In this document: positions 28,195 to 36,583 of the stretch, in pieces
Layout of the letters: each line of letters starts with the position of its first letter
Numbering within the stretch: position 1 is the first letter of the stretch
Assembly: GCA_036802945.1 (NCBI GenBank)
Contig: DAIRVG010000018.1
Coordinates: 1-60,330 of the forward strand
Length of the DNA: 60,330 nucleotides
From: Vicinamibacterales bacterium
GTDB lineage: Bacteria; Acidobacteriota; Vicinamibacteria; Vicinamibacterales; UBA2999
Direction: 5' to 3'
Program-made: the position numbers and the translations under genes
The notes under the pieces: model-generated
The model's database searches: none
What the model saw: only the letters and a program-made list of their open reading frames with translations
Told to the model about the DNA's origin: nothing

Positions 28195-29499
28195 TTAGGA
28201 AGAGGTAACCGTGCCGTTGACACGGCCCACGAGATGCTCGCCGCTGGCGCCTACGACAGGCTCGATGAATTGGTGGTACGCATCTTCGTACGCGCCCTCC
28301 ATCAGCTCGTCGGTCGAGTGACGCCGGTCCGACGCCTCATCATACGCGCCGGTGAAGTCGAACGGACCAACGGGATTGTGTGACGGACAAATCACGTAGA
28401 ACGAATCGAACCGGAGGCGAGCGAGCACGAGGGCGTCCTGAAGTGAGGCCGACTCCGTTGCGGTGACGAACTCGCCGAGACGGCCACGGAGATTGAGTTG
28501 CGGCGTGCGCAACCGATGCGGCGCGCCGACCGCCGCGACTGCGGTGGCGACAATTGCCTGGGACACGCCGGCGGCCGCCAGCTCCTCGAGCAGACGCGCG
28601 ATCGATCCGGGACGATCGCATAGCCGGTGCGCCTCGCCGCGCCAGTATCCGTCGGCGGCAAACCTCAGTAGCTGCGGCTCGCACGCGACGGGCGGCGTCA
28701 GGGCGCCGGCCATGATGTCGAGCGCGAAGTCGCGCCCGAGACCGGCGAGATCGAGCACCTCGGCGCGGCGCTCGCGCCCGGGTCGGGGCGCGACGAAATC
28801 GTGGCGATAGGGTTCGCGGAGCATCGCCGCAATCACGTCGCTGCGCGAGTCGAGATCGGTGGCGACGATCATCAGCTCGCGGAACCCCGGCTGTCCGAGG
28901 TTCTCGGCGAGGACTTCGGCGTACCGGCGGCCGGCATCGCCGTCCGGCGGGCGCGCCTCGCGCGACGCGCCGCGTATCAGTTGCCAGATCGTGTTCGAGA
29001 ACGCCCGGCGCGCAGGCTCCGCATCGAGCGGGGCGCCGACCGGTCCCCACCACCAGCCGCCCTCAGCACGTCTTTTTCCCGCAAACGGACGCCAACGCGA
29101 CACGAGGATCCCGGCAAATAGCACGACAAGAATCGCTGCCAGCTCCATCATTGCGAAACGCGGGGTCGGATAGACGATTCCGGCGAGGAGCAGGCACAGC
29201 GGCGCCACAAGGACGATGAGGAGGAGGAGCGTGAGCCAGGCTGCGATTCGAGCCTGCCGCGTCCAGCTGTAGAAGGATTGACGTTGCGGAGACCGCCAGA
29301 TCCCGCCAGGCTCCCAGAGCCGCGCCGCGCCGTCGATCGCAGCTAACATCGCCGCGCCGGCGCCAACACCCTGTCCGGCTACGACATCGATCTTGACGCC
29401 GGCCTCCTGGAGCGCCCGGAGGACACCCGCGTGATACGCGCCGTGCGCGCCCGTCCCGCAGAGCACGAGGGCGGTGCGGCGCGCGGGCGAATACTGCAC
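28195..29499 (-). CDS. Patatin-like protein lacking the nucleophilic Ser
   Basis: LVLCGTGAHGAYHAGVLRAL; GQGVG where GxSxG is expected; two internal TM helices. Confidence 0.75.
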   Translation of the reverse strand: MQYSPARRTALVLCGTGAHGAYHAGVLRALQEAGVKIDVVAGQGVGAGAAMLAAIDGAARLWEPGGIWRSPQRQSFYSWTRQARIAAWLTLLLLIVLVAPLCLLLAGIVYPTPRFAMMELAAILVVLFAGILVSRWRPFAGKRRAEGGWWWGPVGAPLDAEPARRAFSNTIWQLIRGASREARPPDGDAGRRYAEVLAENLGQPGFRELMIVATDLDSRSDVIAAMLREPYRHDFVAPRPGRERRAEVLDLAGLGRDFALDIMAGALTPPVACEPQLLRFAADGYWRGEAHRLCDRPGSIARLLEELAAAGVSQAIVATAVAAVGAPHRLRTPQLNLRGRLGEFVTATESASLQDALVLARLRFDSFYVICPSHNPVGPFDFTGAYDEASDRRHSTDELMEGAYEDAYHQFIEPVVGASGEHLVGRVNGTVTSS

Positions 29500-29970
29500 T
29501 TACGTTTCCGTGTCGTGGACCGTGATCAGCTTGATGAGCTCGAACTGGCGGTTGCCGTTCGGTGTCGTCACCTTGATGGCGTCGCCTTCTTCCTTGTTGA
29601 GAATCGCGCGGCCGATCGGCGAGGAGGTGGAAATCATCCCCTTTTCCGCGTCCGCATCTTCCGGCATCACGAGCTGGTAGATGATCATCTCGCCGTTCTG
29701 CGCGCGGAGATGCACGGTCGATCCGAACCCCGCCTTGTCATGCGGAATGCGATCCATGTTCATGAGTGAGATCTCGCCCATCCGTTTTTTCAACATCGCG
29801 ATTCGCGTGTTGACGATCCCCTGCCGTTCCTTGGCGGCCTTGTACTCGGCGTTCTCGCGCAGATCACCGTGCTCGCGCGCCCGCTGGATCTCCTTCGGCA
29901 GGTCGACCTTCAGCTCGCGCTCGAGCGCGGCTATTTCGTCGTTGAATCGCTTGATAATCCGATCCTTCAA
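29500..29970 (-). CDS. greA: Transcription elongation factor GreA/GreB
   Basis: AREHGDLRENAEYKAAKE, ISTSSPIGRAIL. Confidence 0.92.
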   Translation of the reverse strand: MKDRIIKRFNDEIAALERELKVDLPKEIQRAREHGDLRENAEYKAAKERQGIVNTRIAMLKKRMGEISLMNMDRIPHDKAGFGSTVHLRAQNGEMIIYQLVMPEDADAEKGMISTSSPIGRAILNKEEGDAIKVTTPNGNRQFELIKLITVHDTET

Positions 29971-30003
29971 GGCAAAATCGACTTTAGCACAGTCCGATCA
30001 ATC

Positions 30004-30086
30004 ATTAGCGATTCGCGATTGGTGTTCGCCTCGGCGCCGTTGAAAATCACGAGTCAGGAATCACCAATCACCAATCACCAATCACA
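30004..30086. repeat. Period-7 AATCACC repeat with a complementary left arm
   Basis: attagcg attcgcg attggtg ... aatcacg agtcagg aatcacc x3 aatcaca, ending at the ATG at 30087. Confidence 0.8.
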
Positions 30087-30884
30087 ATGAAGACCGTCTC
30101 CAGCCGCCAGAATGCCATCGTGCGCGCGTATCGCGACCTCGCCGACCAACCTGATCCGGGCGGCGCGAGGCTGCTTCTCGACGGGGTGCATCTGGTCCGC
30201 GAAGCGCGGGCAGCGTCCCTCCGCTTCGAGAGCGTGGCGGTGGCCGTATCGCATCTGGCAGCGGCGACCGAAGAGAGTGCGCTCGCGCACAAGCTGGAGC
30301 GCGACGGCGTCGACGTGGTCGCCGTCGACGACGAGGTCTTCAGTGCCATGAGCCCCGTCCGCACTCCCAGCGGCATCGTTGCGATCGCGCACCGTGATCC
30401 GACGACCGCCGCGGCCATTTTCGAGCAGGCGCCCCTCTTTGCGCTCGTCGTGGCCGACGTGCAGGATCCGGGCAACCTCGGATCGCTGCTCCGTATTGCC
30501 GAAGCAGGCGGCGCCACTGGCGTCATCGTCTGTGGCGAATCGGCCAACCCGTTTTCATGGAAGGCCGTGCGCGGCAGCATGGGCAGCGTGCTGCGGCTTC
30601 CGGTCGCGCGCACTCAGTCCGTGGAACAGACGATGATGGAGATCCGCAAGGCGGGCGCGACCGCGATTGCCGCTGTCCCGCGCGATGGAGGCGATCCCGA
30701 TGCCGTCGACTGGTCGGGACGCATCGCACTCCTGCTCGGCGGCGAAGGCCAGGGTCTCGGCCCGCACGTGGTAGCAGAATGTGATCAGCGCGTAAGCGTG
30801 CCGATGGCGCCGCCGGTCGAATCACTGAACGTCGCCGCAGCCGGCGCGATCCTCGTGTACGCGGCGCGTCGAGCGCGACCATGA
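30087..30884 (+). CDS. TrmH/SpoU-family RNA methyltransferase
   Basis: VQDPGNLGSLLR, LGGEGQGL, VESLNVAAA. Confidence 0.93.
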   Translation: MKTVSSRQNAIVRAYRDLADQPDPGGARLLLDGVHLVREARAASLRFESVAVAVSHLAAATEESALAHKLERDGVDVVAVDDEVFSAMSPVRTPSGIVAIAHRDPTTAAAIFEQAPLFALVVADVQDPGNLGSLLRIAEAGGATGVIVCGESANPFSWKAVRGSMGSVLRLPVARTQSVEQTMMEIRKAGATAIAAVPRDGGDPDAVDWSGRIALLLGGEGQGLGPHVVAECDQRVSVPMAPPVESLNVAAAGAILVYAARRARP

Positions 30885-32266
30885 GCAACGGTTCTCTCTT
30901 CGACGACGATCCCTCCTCACGGGCCACGGAGGCACAGAGACACGGCGACGATTCGTCTCGCGCCGGCACACCGCTCGCCGAACGGATTCGTCCCCGGACG
31001 CTCGATGAGGTGGTCGGCCAGGATGCGATCCTCGCACCTGGCAAACCGCTGCGCGAAGCCATCGAGCGCGATTTGCTGCAGTCGATCATCCTCTGGGGAC
31101 CGCCGGGCACCGGCAAGACGACGCTCGCGCGGATCATCGCGGAGATGACGCAGGCGCACTTCGTCCCCTTCAGCGCTGTTCTCGCCGGTATCAAGGAGAT
31201 CAAAGAGGTGATGGCCGCCGCCCAGATCCGTCGCCGCTCGAGCGGCAGGCGAACGATCGTCTTCGTGGACGAGATCCACCGTTTCAACAAGGCGCAGCAG
31301 GATGCCTTCCTTCCCCGCGTCGAATCGGGCGATATCGTCCTGATCGGCGCGACGACCGAAAACCCCTCGTTCGAGGTCAACGCGGCGCTGCTCTCCCGCT
31401 CCAAGGTGTTTGTCCTGCAGCCGCTGGATGCGCCGGGCATCGAGCAGATCCTTCGGCGTGCGCTCTCGGATCCTGAGCGGGGCCTGGGATCGATGGAAAT
31501 CCAGGTCAGTGACGATGCGGCGGCGGCGATCGCGAGATTCGCGAATGGCGATGCCAGGACCGCGCTGAACCTGCTCGAGTTCGCGGCGACCTCGGCGCCG
31601 ATGAACCCGGAGACATGCGTCCGCCAGCTCGATCTGGCGCAGCTGGAACACTCCATTCAACGGCGCGCGCTCCTGTACGACAAGACCGGCGAGGAGCACT
31701 ACAACCTGATCTCAGCGCTGCACAAGTCGATGCGCAACAGCGATCCCGACGCCGCCGTTTACTGGATCGCGCGGATGCTCGAGGCCGGGGAAGACCCTCT
31801 GTACATTGCACGCCGGATGATCCGGTTCGCCTCGGAAGACGTCGGCAACGCGGACCCGCAGGCGCTGGTCGTCGCGATTGCCGCGAAGGATGCCGCGCAC
31901 TTCATCGGCATGCCCGAGGGGAACAACGCGCTTGCGCAGGCGGCGATCTACCTGGCGACCGCGCCGAAGAGCAACGCCGTCTATACGGCCTACAGCGCGG
32001 CCGCCGCCGATGCCCATCGCGAAGCGGCCGAGCCCGTGCCGCTGCACCTGCGCAATGCGCCGACGAAGTTGATGAAGGAGCTCGAGTACGGGAAGGACTA
32101 CCAGTACTCGCACGACGAGCCTGACGCTGTCGCGGGGATGGACTGTCTTCCGCCTTCGCTGAGCGGAAAGAAGTACTACCGTCCGACTGACCGGGGCTTC
32201 GAGAAGGAGATCAAGCGACGATTGGAGGGGTGGGAGAAGCGAAAAGCTGAACGGCGACAGAAATAG
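30881..32266 (+). CDS. rarA: Replication-associated recombination protein A (AAA+)
   Basis: PLAERIRP, GPPGTGKTT, DEIHRFNKAQQDAFLP, ISALHKSMRNSD, VPLHLRNAPT. Confidence 0.96.
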   Translation: MSNGSLFDDDPSSRATEAQRHGDDSSRAGTPLAERIRPRTLDEVVGQDAILAPGKPLREAIERDLLQSIILWGPPGTGKTTLARIIAEMTQAHFVPFSAVLAGIKEIKEVMAAAQIRRRSSGRRTIVFVDEIHRFNKAQQDAFLPRVESGDIVLIGATTENPSFEVNAALLSRSKVFVLQPLDAPGIEQILRRALSDPERGLGSMEIQVSDDAAAAIARFANGDARTALNLLEFAATSAPMNPETCVRQLDLAQLEHSIQRRALLYDKTGEEHYNLISALHKSMRNSDPDAAVYWIARMLEAGEDPLYIARRMIRFASEDVGNADPQALVVAIAAKDAAHFIGMPEGNNALAQAAIYLATAPKSNAVYTAYSAAAADAHREAAEPVPLHLRNAPTKLMKELEYGKDYQYSHDEPDAVAGMDCLPPSLSGKKYYRPTDRGFEKEIKRRLEGWEKRKAERRQK

Positions 32267-32270
32267 CGTG

Positions 32271-32362
32271 AACTCCCAAGCGCCAACTCCCAACTCCCAA
32301 GGAGTTTACGTGGGAAGAATCGCCTTGGGAGTTGGAAGTTGGGCGTTGGGCGTTGGGCGTTG
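32271..32362. repeat. Period-7 CTCCCAA/TTGGGAG inverted-arm repeat between convergent genes
   Basis: aactcccaag cgccaactcc caactcccaa ... ttgggag ttggaag ttgggcg ttgggcg ttgggcg. Confidence 0.88.
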
Positions 32363-33298
32363 CTATTCCGGGGTCCCTGCGACGCGTGATTCCAGCGCCG
32401 CCAGCCCCGGGACCTTCTTGAACATCTCGCTACGCACGGGCAGGATGAATGAGAAGCGATAGTCGCCCTGCATCCGCCCGATCGGAATGCCGACCAGATC
32501 TCCAGCCTGATCCAGCACGCCACCGCCCGACACGCCCGGATGGCCATCGGTCAGGCACGTCACGAGGCCGTTCGACGTCCGCTGCCCCACGTAGCCGGTG
32601 CTGAGGATGATGCCCTTGGAGTAATCGTTGCCAAGGCGAAAGATCGGATCGGCGAAGTCGTAGCTGAATTTCGTGTTCACGTGCAGCGGCGGCAGGTCCA
32701 CTTTCTCGCTGACCCGGATGATCGCCCAGTCGCCCGGATGAACCTCGACGTCCGCATCGCCTGCGTCGACGAGCCGCGCCGGCAGGTCCCGGCCATGGAC
32801 ACGGACCTTGATGCTCGTGATCTTCCGTCCCTCGTGCCCGTCCGTGTCATCAAGCGCCACCACCGCATGCTTCACGGTCACGAAGTAGCCGCGCCCAAGG
32901 TAGCCCGCCGTGCCGTAGCTCGATTTTCCCGAGGCGTCATACGCGTTCAGTTCCACGAAGCTCTCTTTGCGATCGCGCAGGAGCTGCACCGGCAACAGGC
33001 CCATCTCGCTCTGCAGCTGCCGCTTGATCTCCTCGACGAGAGCGGGCTGCGAGGCGATTCCCGCAACCACGACCTCTGGCTGGCGGCCGTTGGTCCCCGA
33101 CGGCGTCGCCGCTGTCTCCGCCTGGCGGATCTCGAGGATCGCGCTCGCCATGTCGTCGCGCAAGGCGGAGACGCGCGCGTCATTGCTGGCCAGCAGCTGC
33201 GCCATCGAGCGTTGTGCCGACCAGCTTCCGAAGCTGAACGCGAGGGCGGCGAGTGAGAAGGCGAGACCGGCGTGAGTAACCGAGCGGCGGACGGACAC
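32363..33298 (-). CDS. Membrane-anchored trypsin-like serine protease
   Basis: Triad candidates TVKHAV (His), GDWAI (Asp), GHPGVSGGG (Ser). GGAG precedes GTG 33298; N-terminal TM plus coiled coil. Confidence 0.82.
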   Translation of the reverse strand: MSVRRSVTHAGLAFSLAALAFSFGSWSAQRSMAQLLASNDARVSALRDDMASAILEIRQAETAATPSGTNGRQPEVVVAGIASQPALVEEIKRQLQSEMGLLPVQLLRDRKESFVELNAYDASGKSSYGTAGYLGRGYFVTVKHAVVALDDTDGHEGRKITSIKVRVHGRDLPARLVDAGDADVEVHPGDWAIIRVSEKVDLPPLHVNTKFSYDFADPIFRLGNDYSKGIILSTGYVGQRTSNGLVTCLTDGHPGVSGGGVLDQAGDLVGIPIGRMQGDYRFSFILPVRSEMFKKVPGLAALESRVAGTPE

Positions 33299-33512
33299 TG
33301 CGTGCTCCGAATCCGCTACCGTGGACGAGGACAAATAGCGGAGCCGCGGGCGCCGCGTCTTTCTTCCAAGTTCGGCAGCTAAATCGCCCCGCTGCGGCGC
33401 GGGACTTACAGCTTTGCGCACCACCGGACACAAGTCTGGCGAGGCACCGTTTCGCTTGGGCGGATAACGGTTGGGTTAAAACCCTTGATTGTCAGTAGTT
33501 ACGAGCTCCTTT

Positions 33513-33540
33513 AATGTAGCACCCACGGGGCCGCTGTCAA
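33513..33540 (-). promoter_or_regulatory. Candidate sigma70 promoter upstream of the protease
   Basis: TTGACA-N16-TACATT with extended TGn, partly inside the low-GC gap after the mutL stop. Confidence 0.6.
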
Positions 33541-33548
33541 AGAATTAT

Positions 33549-35321
33549 TTAAATCCTCTGAAAATTCTTTTCGACCTCGCGCCGGGTGAGGCGGAGCATC
33601 ACCGGGCGTCCGTGCGGGCAGATCGTCGAGTAGGCGGTGCGGCGCAGCTCGTCGAGGATGTGCGCCATTTTCTCGTGGGTCAGCGGGTAATTGGCCTTGA
33701 CCGCAGCATGACACGCGGTCGTTGCGGCGATCCGCTTGATCGCTGCGTCAACGCCGGCGCCACGATCGAGTCCTTCCAGGTCTTCGGCCAGCGCCCGCAA
33801 TGCGGCATCACAGTCCTCTCGGCTGAGAAGCGCGGGGAACGCAACCACTCGCAACGCGTCCCCTCCGAACTCCTCGATCTCGAAGCCGAGCCGCTCGAGG
33901 TCCCGCGCATGCGCGGTGAGCGCCTGCCGTCCGCCCGCCGAGAGCTCTACGAGCACTGGCACGAGCAAACGCTGGCTTTCGAGAGCCCCGCCCGTCAGGC
34001 GCTCGGTGATGCGCTCGAACAGCACGCGCTCGTGCGCCACGTGCTGATCGATGATCGCAATCCCCTCGTCGTCAATCGCAATGATGAAGGTATCTCTGAA
34101 CTGACCTAACGGGGTCATCGGACGGATCGTTGGCCCCGATTCGCCGGCGCCGTCGGACGGCACCGGCTCGTCGGTCCGGCTAAAGCCGGACACTACCGAT
34201 GAGGGACGAGAGTGTCCGCCTTCAGGCGGACCGGTTGTCCAACGACTCGGAAACGTTGACGGATACGCATGCGGAAGCGGCAACGTCGAAGGCGCCGACT
34301 GGAATCCCGCCGGCGCCTCGAGCTGCAGCTCCGGCGCCGGGCCGCGCCCGAGTGTATCGCCGAGCGTGCGGCGAATCAGCTCGTGGATGTACGACTGGTC
34401 GCGAAACCGTACTTCTGCCTTCGTCGGATGAACGTTCACATCGACCGCGTTGTGCGGCATCTCGATGAAGAGATGCACCTCCGGGCTCCGCTCCTTGATT
34501 GACGCCACGCTGTAGGCATCGATAATCGCGTGCGCGATCGTCTTGTCCTTCACGACGCGTCGATTGACGAAGACGTTCTGCGGACCGCGCGTCGGTCCCT
34601 GCTCCGCAAGCGCCGCAACGAAGCCCAGGATCTTCACATCACCGCTGTCGCGGCGCACGTCGATCAGATCGCTACGATCGCCGTAGAGCTGATACAGGCG
34701 ATCCCGGAGTCCCGCGACCGGCGGGCACTGCATCACCTTCCTGCCCGAGCTGGTGAGCGTGAAGCCGATTTCCGGGTAACAGAGCGCGAGCTGCGTGACG
34801 ATCCGCGACACCTGCGCGGATTCTGCGGCATCGGACTTCAGAAACTTGCGCCGCGCGGGCAGGTTGTAGAAGAGGTCCGCGACGTCTATCGACGTGCCTT
34901 CCGGCATGCCCACCTCGGTCACGGACCCGAGCGCGCCGCCGTTGACCCGGACTTCCGTCCCGGAGCTCGATCCGCGCACCCGCGTCTTCAGCGTGAAATG
35001 AGAGACGGAGGCGATGCTCGGGAGCGCCTCGCCACGAAATCCGAGGGTCGCGATCCGTTCGAGATCATCCGCTCGCTGGATCTTGCTCGTCGCGTGGCGC
35101 TCGATCGCGAGCCTCGCGTCGTCCGGGTCCATCCCGCTCCCGTCGTCTTCCACGCGAATGAGCTTCTTGCCGCCCAGCTCCACGATAACGGATACCCGCC
35201 GCGCGCCCGCATCGATTGAGTTCTCGACGAGTTCCTTGATCACGGACGCCGGCCGCTCGACAACTTCGCCGGCGGCAATCTGATTTGCCAGGTCGGCCGG
35301 CAACTGGTGAATCTTTCCCAT
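33549..35321 (-). CDS. mutL: DNA mismatch repair protein MutL (endonuclease-type C-terminus)
   Basis: NQIAAGEVVERPASVIKELVENSIDAG, GFRGEAL, DQHVAHERVLFE, ACHAA, CPHGRP. Confidence 0.98.
   Translation of the reverse strand: MGKIHQLPADLANQIAAGEVVERPASVIKELVENSIDAGARRVSVIVELGGKKLIRVEDDGSGMDPDDARLAIERHATSKIQRADDLERIATLGFRGEALPSIASVSHFTLKTRVRGSSSGTEVRVNGGALGSVTEVGMPEGTSIDVADLFYNLPARRKFLKSDAAESAQVSRIVTQLALCYPEIGFTLTSSGRKVMQCPPVAGLRDRLYQLYGDRSDLIDVRRDSGDVKILGFVAALAEQGPTRGPQNVFVNRRVVKDKTIAHAIIDAYSVASIKERSPEVHLFIEMPHNAVDVNVHPTKAEVRFRDQSYIHELIRRTLGDTLGRGPAPELQLEAPAGFQSAPSTLPLPHAYPSTFPSRWTTGPPEGGHSRPSSVVSGFSRTDEPVPSDGAGESGPTIRPMTPLGQFRDTFIIAIDDEGIAIIDQHVAHERVLFERITERLTGGALESQRLLVPVLVELSAGGRQALTAHARDLERLGFEIEEFGGDALRVVAFPALLSREDCDAALRALAEDLEGLDRGAGVDAAIKRIAATTACHAAVKANYPLTHEKMAHILDELRRTAYSTICPHGRPVMLRLTRREVEKNFQRI
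34173..34232. repeat. Doublet of GTAG-type REP palindromes inside the mutL linker
   Basis: GTCCGGC-TAAA-GCCGGAC-ACTAC (reverse strand GTAGT-GTCCGGCTTTAGCCGGAC) and GAGAGT-GTCCGCC-TTCA-GGCGGAC, inverted relative to each other. Confidence 0.75.
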
Positions 35322-35434
35322 GGGATCTACTGAACCGTCCGGACTGATTGAGCACTAGTCACAACAACCCTGCGAGCGCGGTCTCCGGGCCGCGACAACG
35401 GCGCGGCCGAGTGCAATTCGAAAGAGACATGCCA

Positions 35435-36403
35435 CTAGATCCACCTCTTGCGGCGGAACACGACGAGCATCACTCCGATGATCATTGCCATGATCCCCGT
35501 GACCCACCAGAACTGTGTGTACGCGCCGCCCGGAAATGCCGGTAGCGGCACGTTCATTCCCCACATACCGGTCAGTACGGTGAGTGGCAGAAAGATCGTC
35601 GACATCACGGTGAGGACCTTCATCACCTGGTTGAGGCGATTCGAGATCGCCGACAGGTATCCCTCCAGAATGCCGGTCACGCGATCCTGGAACAGTGCCG
35701 CTTCGTCGGAGTAGCGCACGAGGTGGTCGTAGACGTCGCGGAACCGGTACGCCATCTCGTTCGAGATCTGCGGAAACTCGCGCCGCGCCAGGCGGCCGAC
35801 GACATCGCGCTGAGGGATGAGGACGCGGCGGAGCCCGGCAAGATCGCGCTTCATGGTAAGAATCGGCCGCACGAGGTTGTCACCGGCGCCAAGGATCGCC
35901 TCTTCCTCGAGATCGTCCATCTGATCTTCGAGCTCCGCCATCTCGGGCGCGTAGTCGTCGATCATCGAATCGACGATGCGATGGAGCAGCGCGACAGGAC
36001 CTTCTTCGAGGATGTGTGTGTGCAGCTCGCACACCTCCTTCAGCTTGTGGATGCTGCGCGAATGGCCGTCGTGGACGGTGACGAGGTAGTTCGCGCCGAG
36101 GAAGAAATCGACGTCGCGCGTCGCGAACTCATGCTGGCCCGGATGGAAATCGATGCCGTGCAGAATGACATAGAGGTAGCCCTCGTAGGGCTCGATCTTC
36201 GGATGGTGAGCCTCGCTCAGAGCGTCTTCCACCGACAGCGGATGGAAATGAAAAGTCTCGGCCAGCAGCTGCTGGCCTTCTTCGGGCGTCGGCTGGACGA
36301 CATCCACCCAGAGCGTCGCGCCGGACGCGGGGTCGAGCCATTCGGGGTCGACCCGGTCCGTCTTCTCCGTCTTGCCGTCCTGGTAGATGTAAACCGTGAT
36401 CAC
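35435..36403 (-). CDS. corA: Magnesium/cobalt transporter CorA
   Basis: HPLSVED, HPKIEPY, RFRDVYDHL, GMWGMN signature. Confidence 0.95.
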   Translation of the reverse strand: MITVYIYQDGKTEKTDRVDPEWLDPASGATLWVDVVQPTPEEGQQLLAETFHFHPLSVEDALSEAHHPKIEPYEGYLYVILHGIDFHPGQHEFATRDVDFFLGANYLVTVHDGHSRSIHKLKEVCELHTHILEEGPVALLHRIVDSMIDDYAPEMAELEDQMDDLEEEAILGAGDNLVRPILTMKRDLAGLRRVLIPQRDVVGRLARREFPQISNEMAYRFRDVYDHLVRYSDEAALFQDRVTGILEGYLSAISNRLNQVMKVLTVMSTIFLPLTVLTGMWGMNVPLPAFPGGAYTQFWWVTGIMAMIIGVMLVVFRRKRWI

Positions 36404-36439
36404 GTCTGGATAGTGCCGTTCACTCTTCTGTGTGCTCGC

Positions 36440-36566
36440 TTCTCAGTTCGTGTTCATGTTCATGTTCGGTTCTCTGTTCCGAGTTCTTCGTTCTCAGGTT
36501 CGAGGTACCGCGACCGCGAACCACCCACTCGAACTTGAACACGAACCGAGAACAAAGAACTCAGAA
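36440..36566. repeat. GTTC/GAAC-based 6-7-mer inverted-arm repeat
   Basis: gttcgt gttcat gttcat gttcg gttctct gttccga gttcttc gttctca ... gaactt gaacac gaaccga gaacaaa gaactca. Confidence 0.85.
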
Positions 36567-36583
36567 GCGTGAATGACGTCCCG

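Noticed and set aside
33300-33506. c-di-GMP-I or Mg2+ riboswitch in the protease leader, or upstream of corA/mgtE
   Set aside because: Only a GCAAAGC fragment resembles the c-di-GMP-I consensus; I could not see the other conserved elements. An Rfam scan would settle it.
36458-36472. GTTC-N7-GTTC LexA-like box
   Set aside because: It arises by chance within a dense GTTC repeat tract upstream of corA, which is not an SOS gene.
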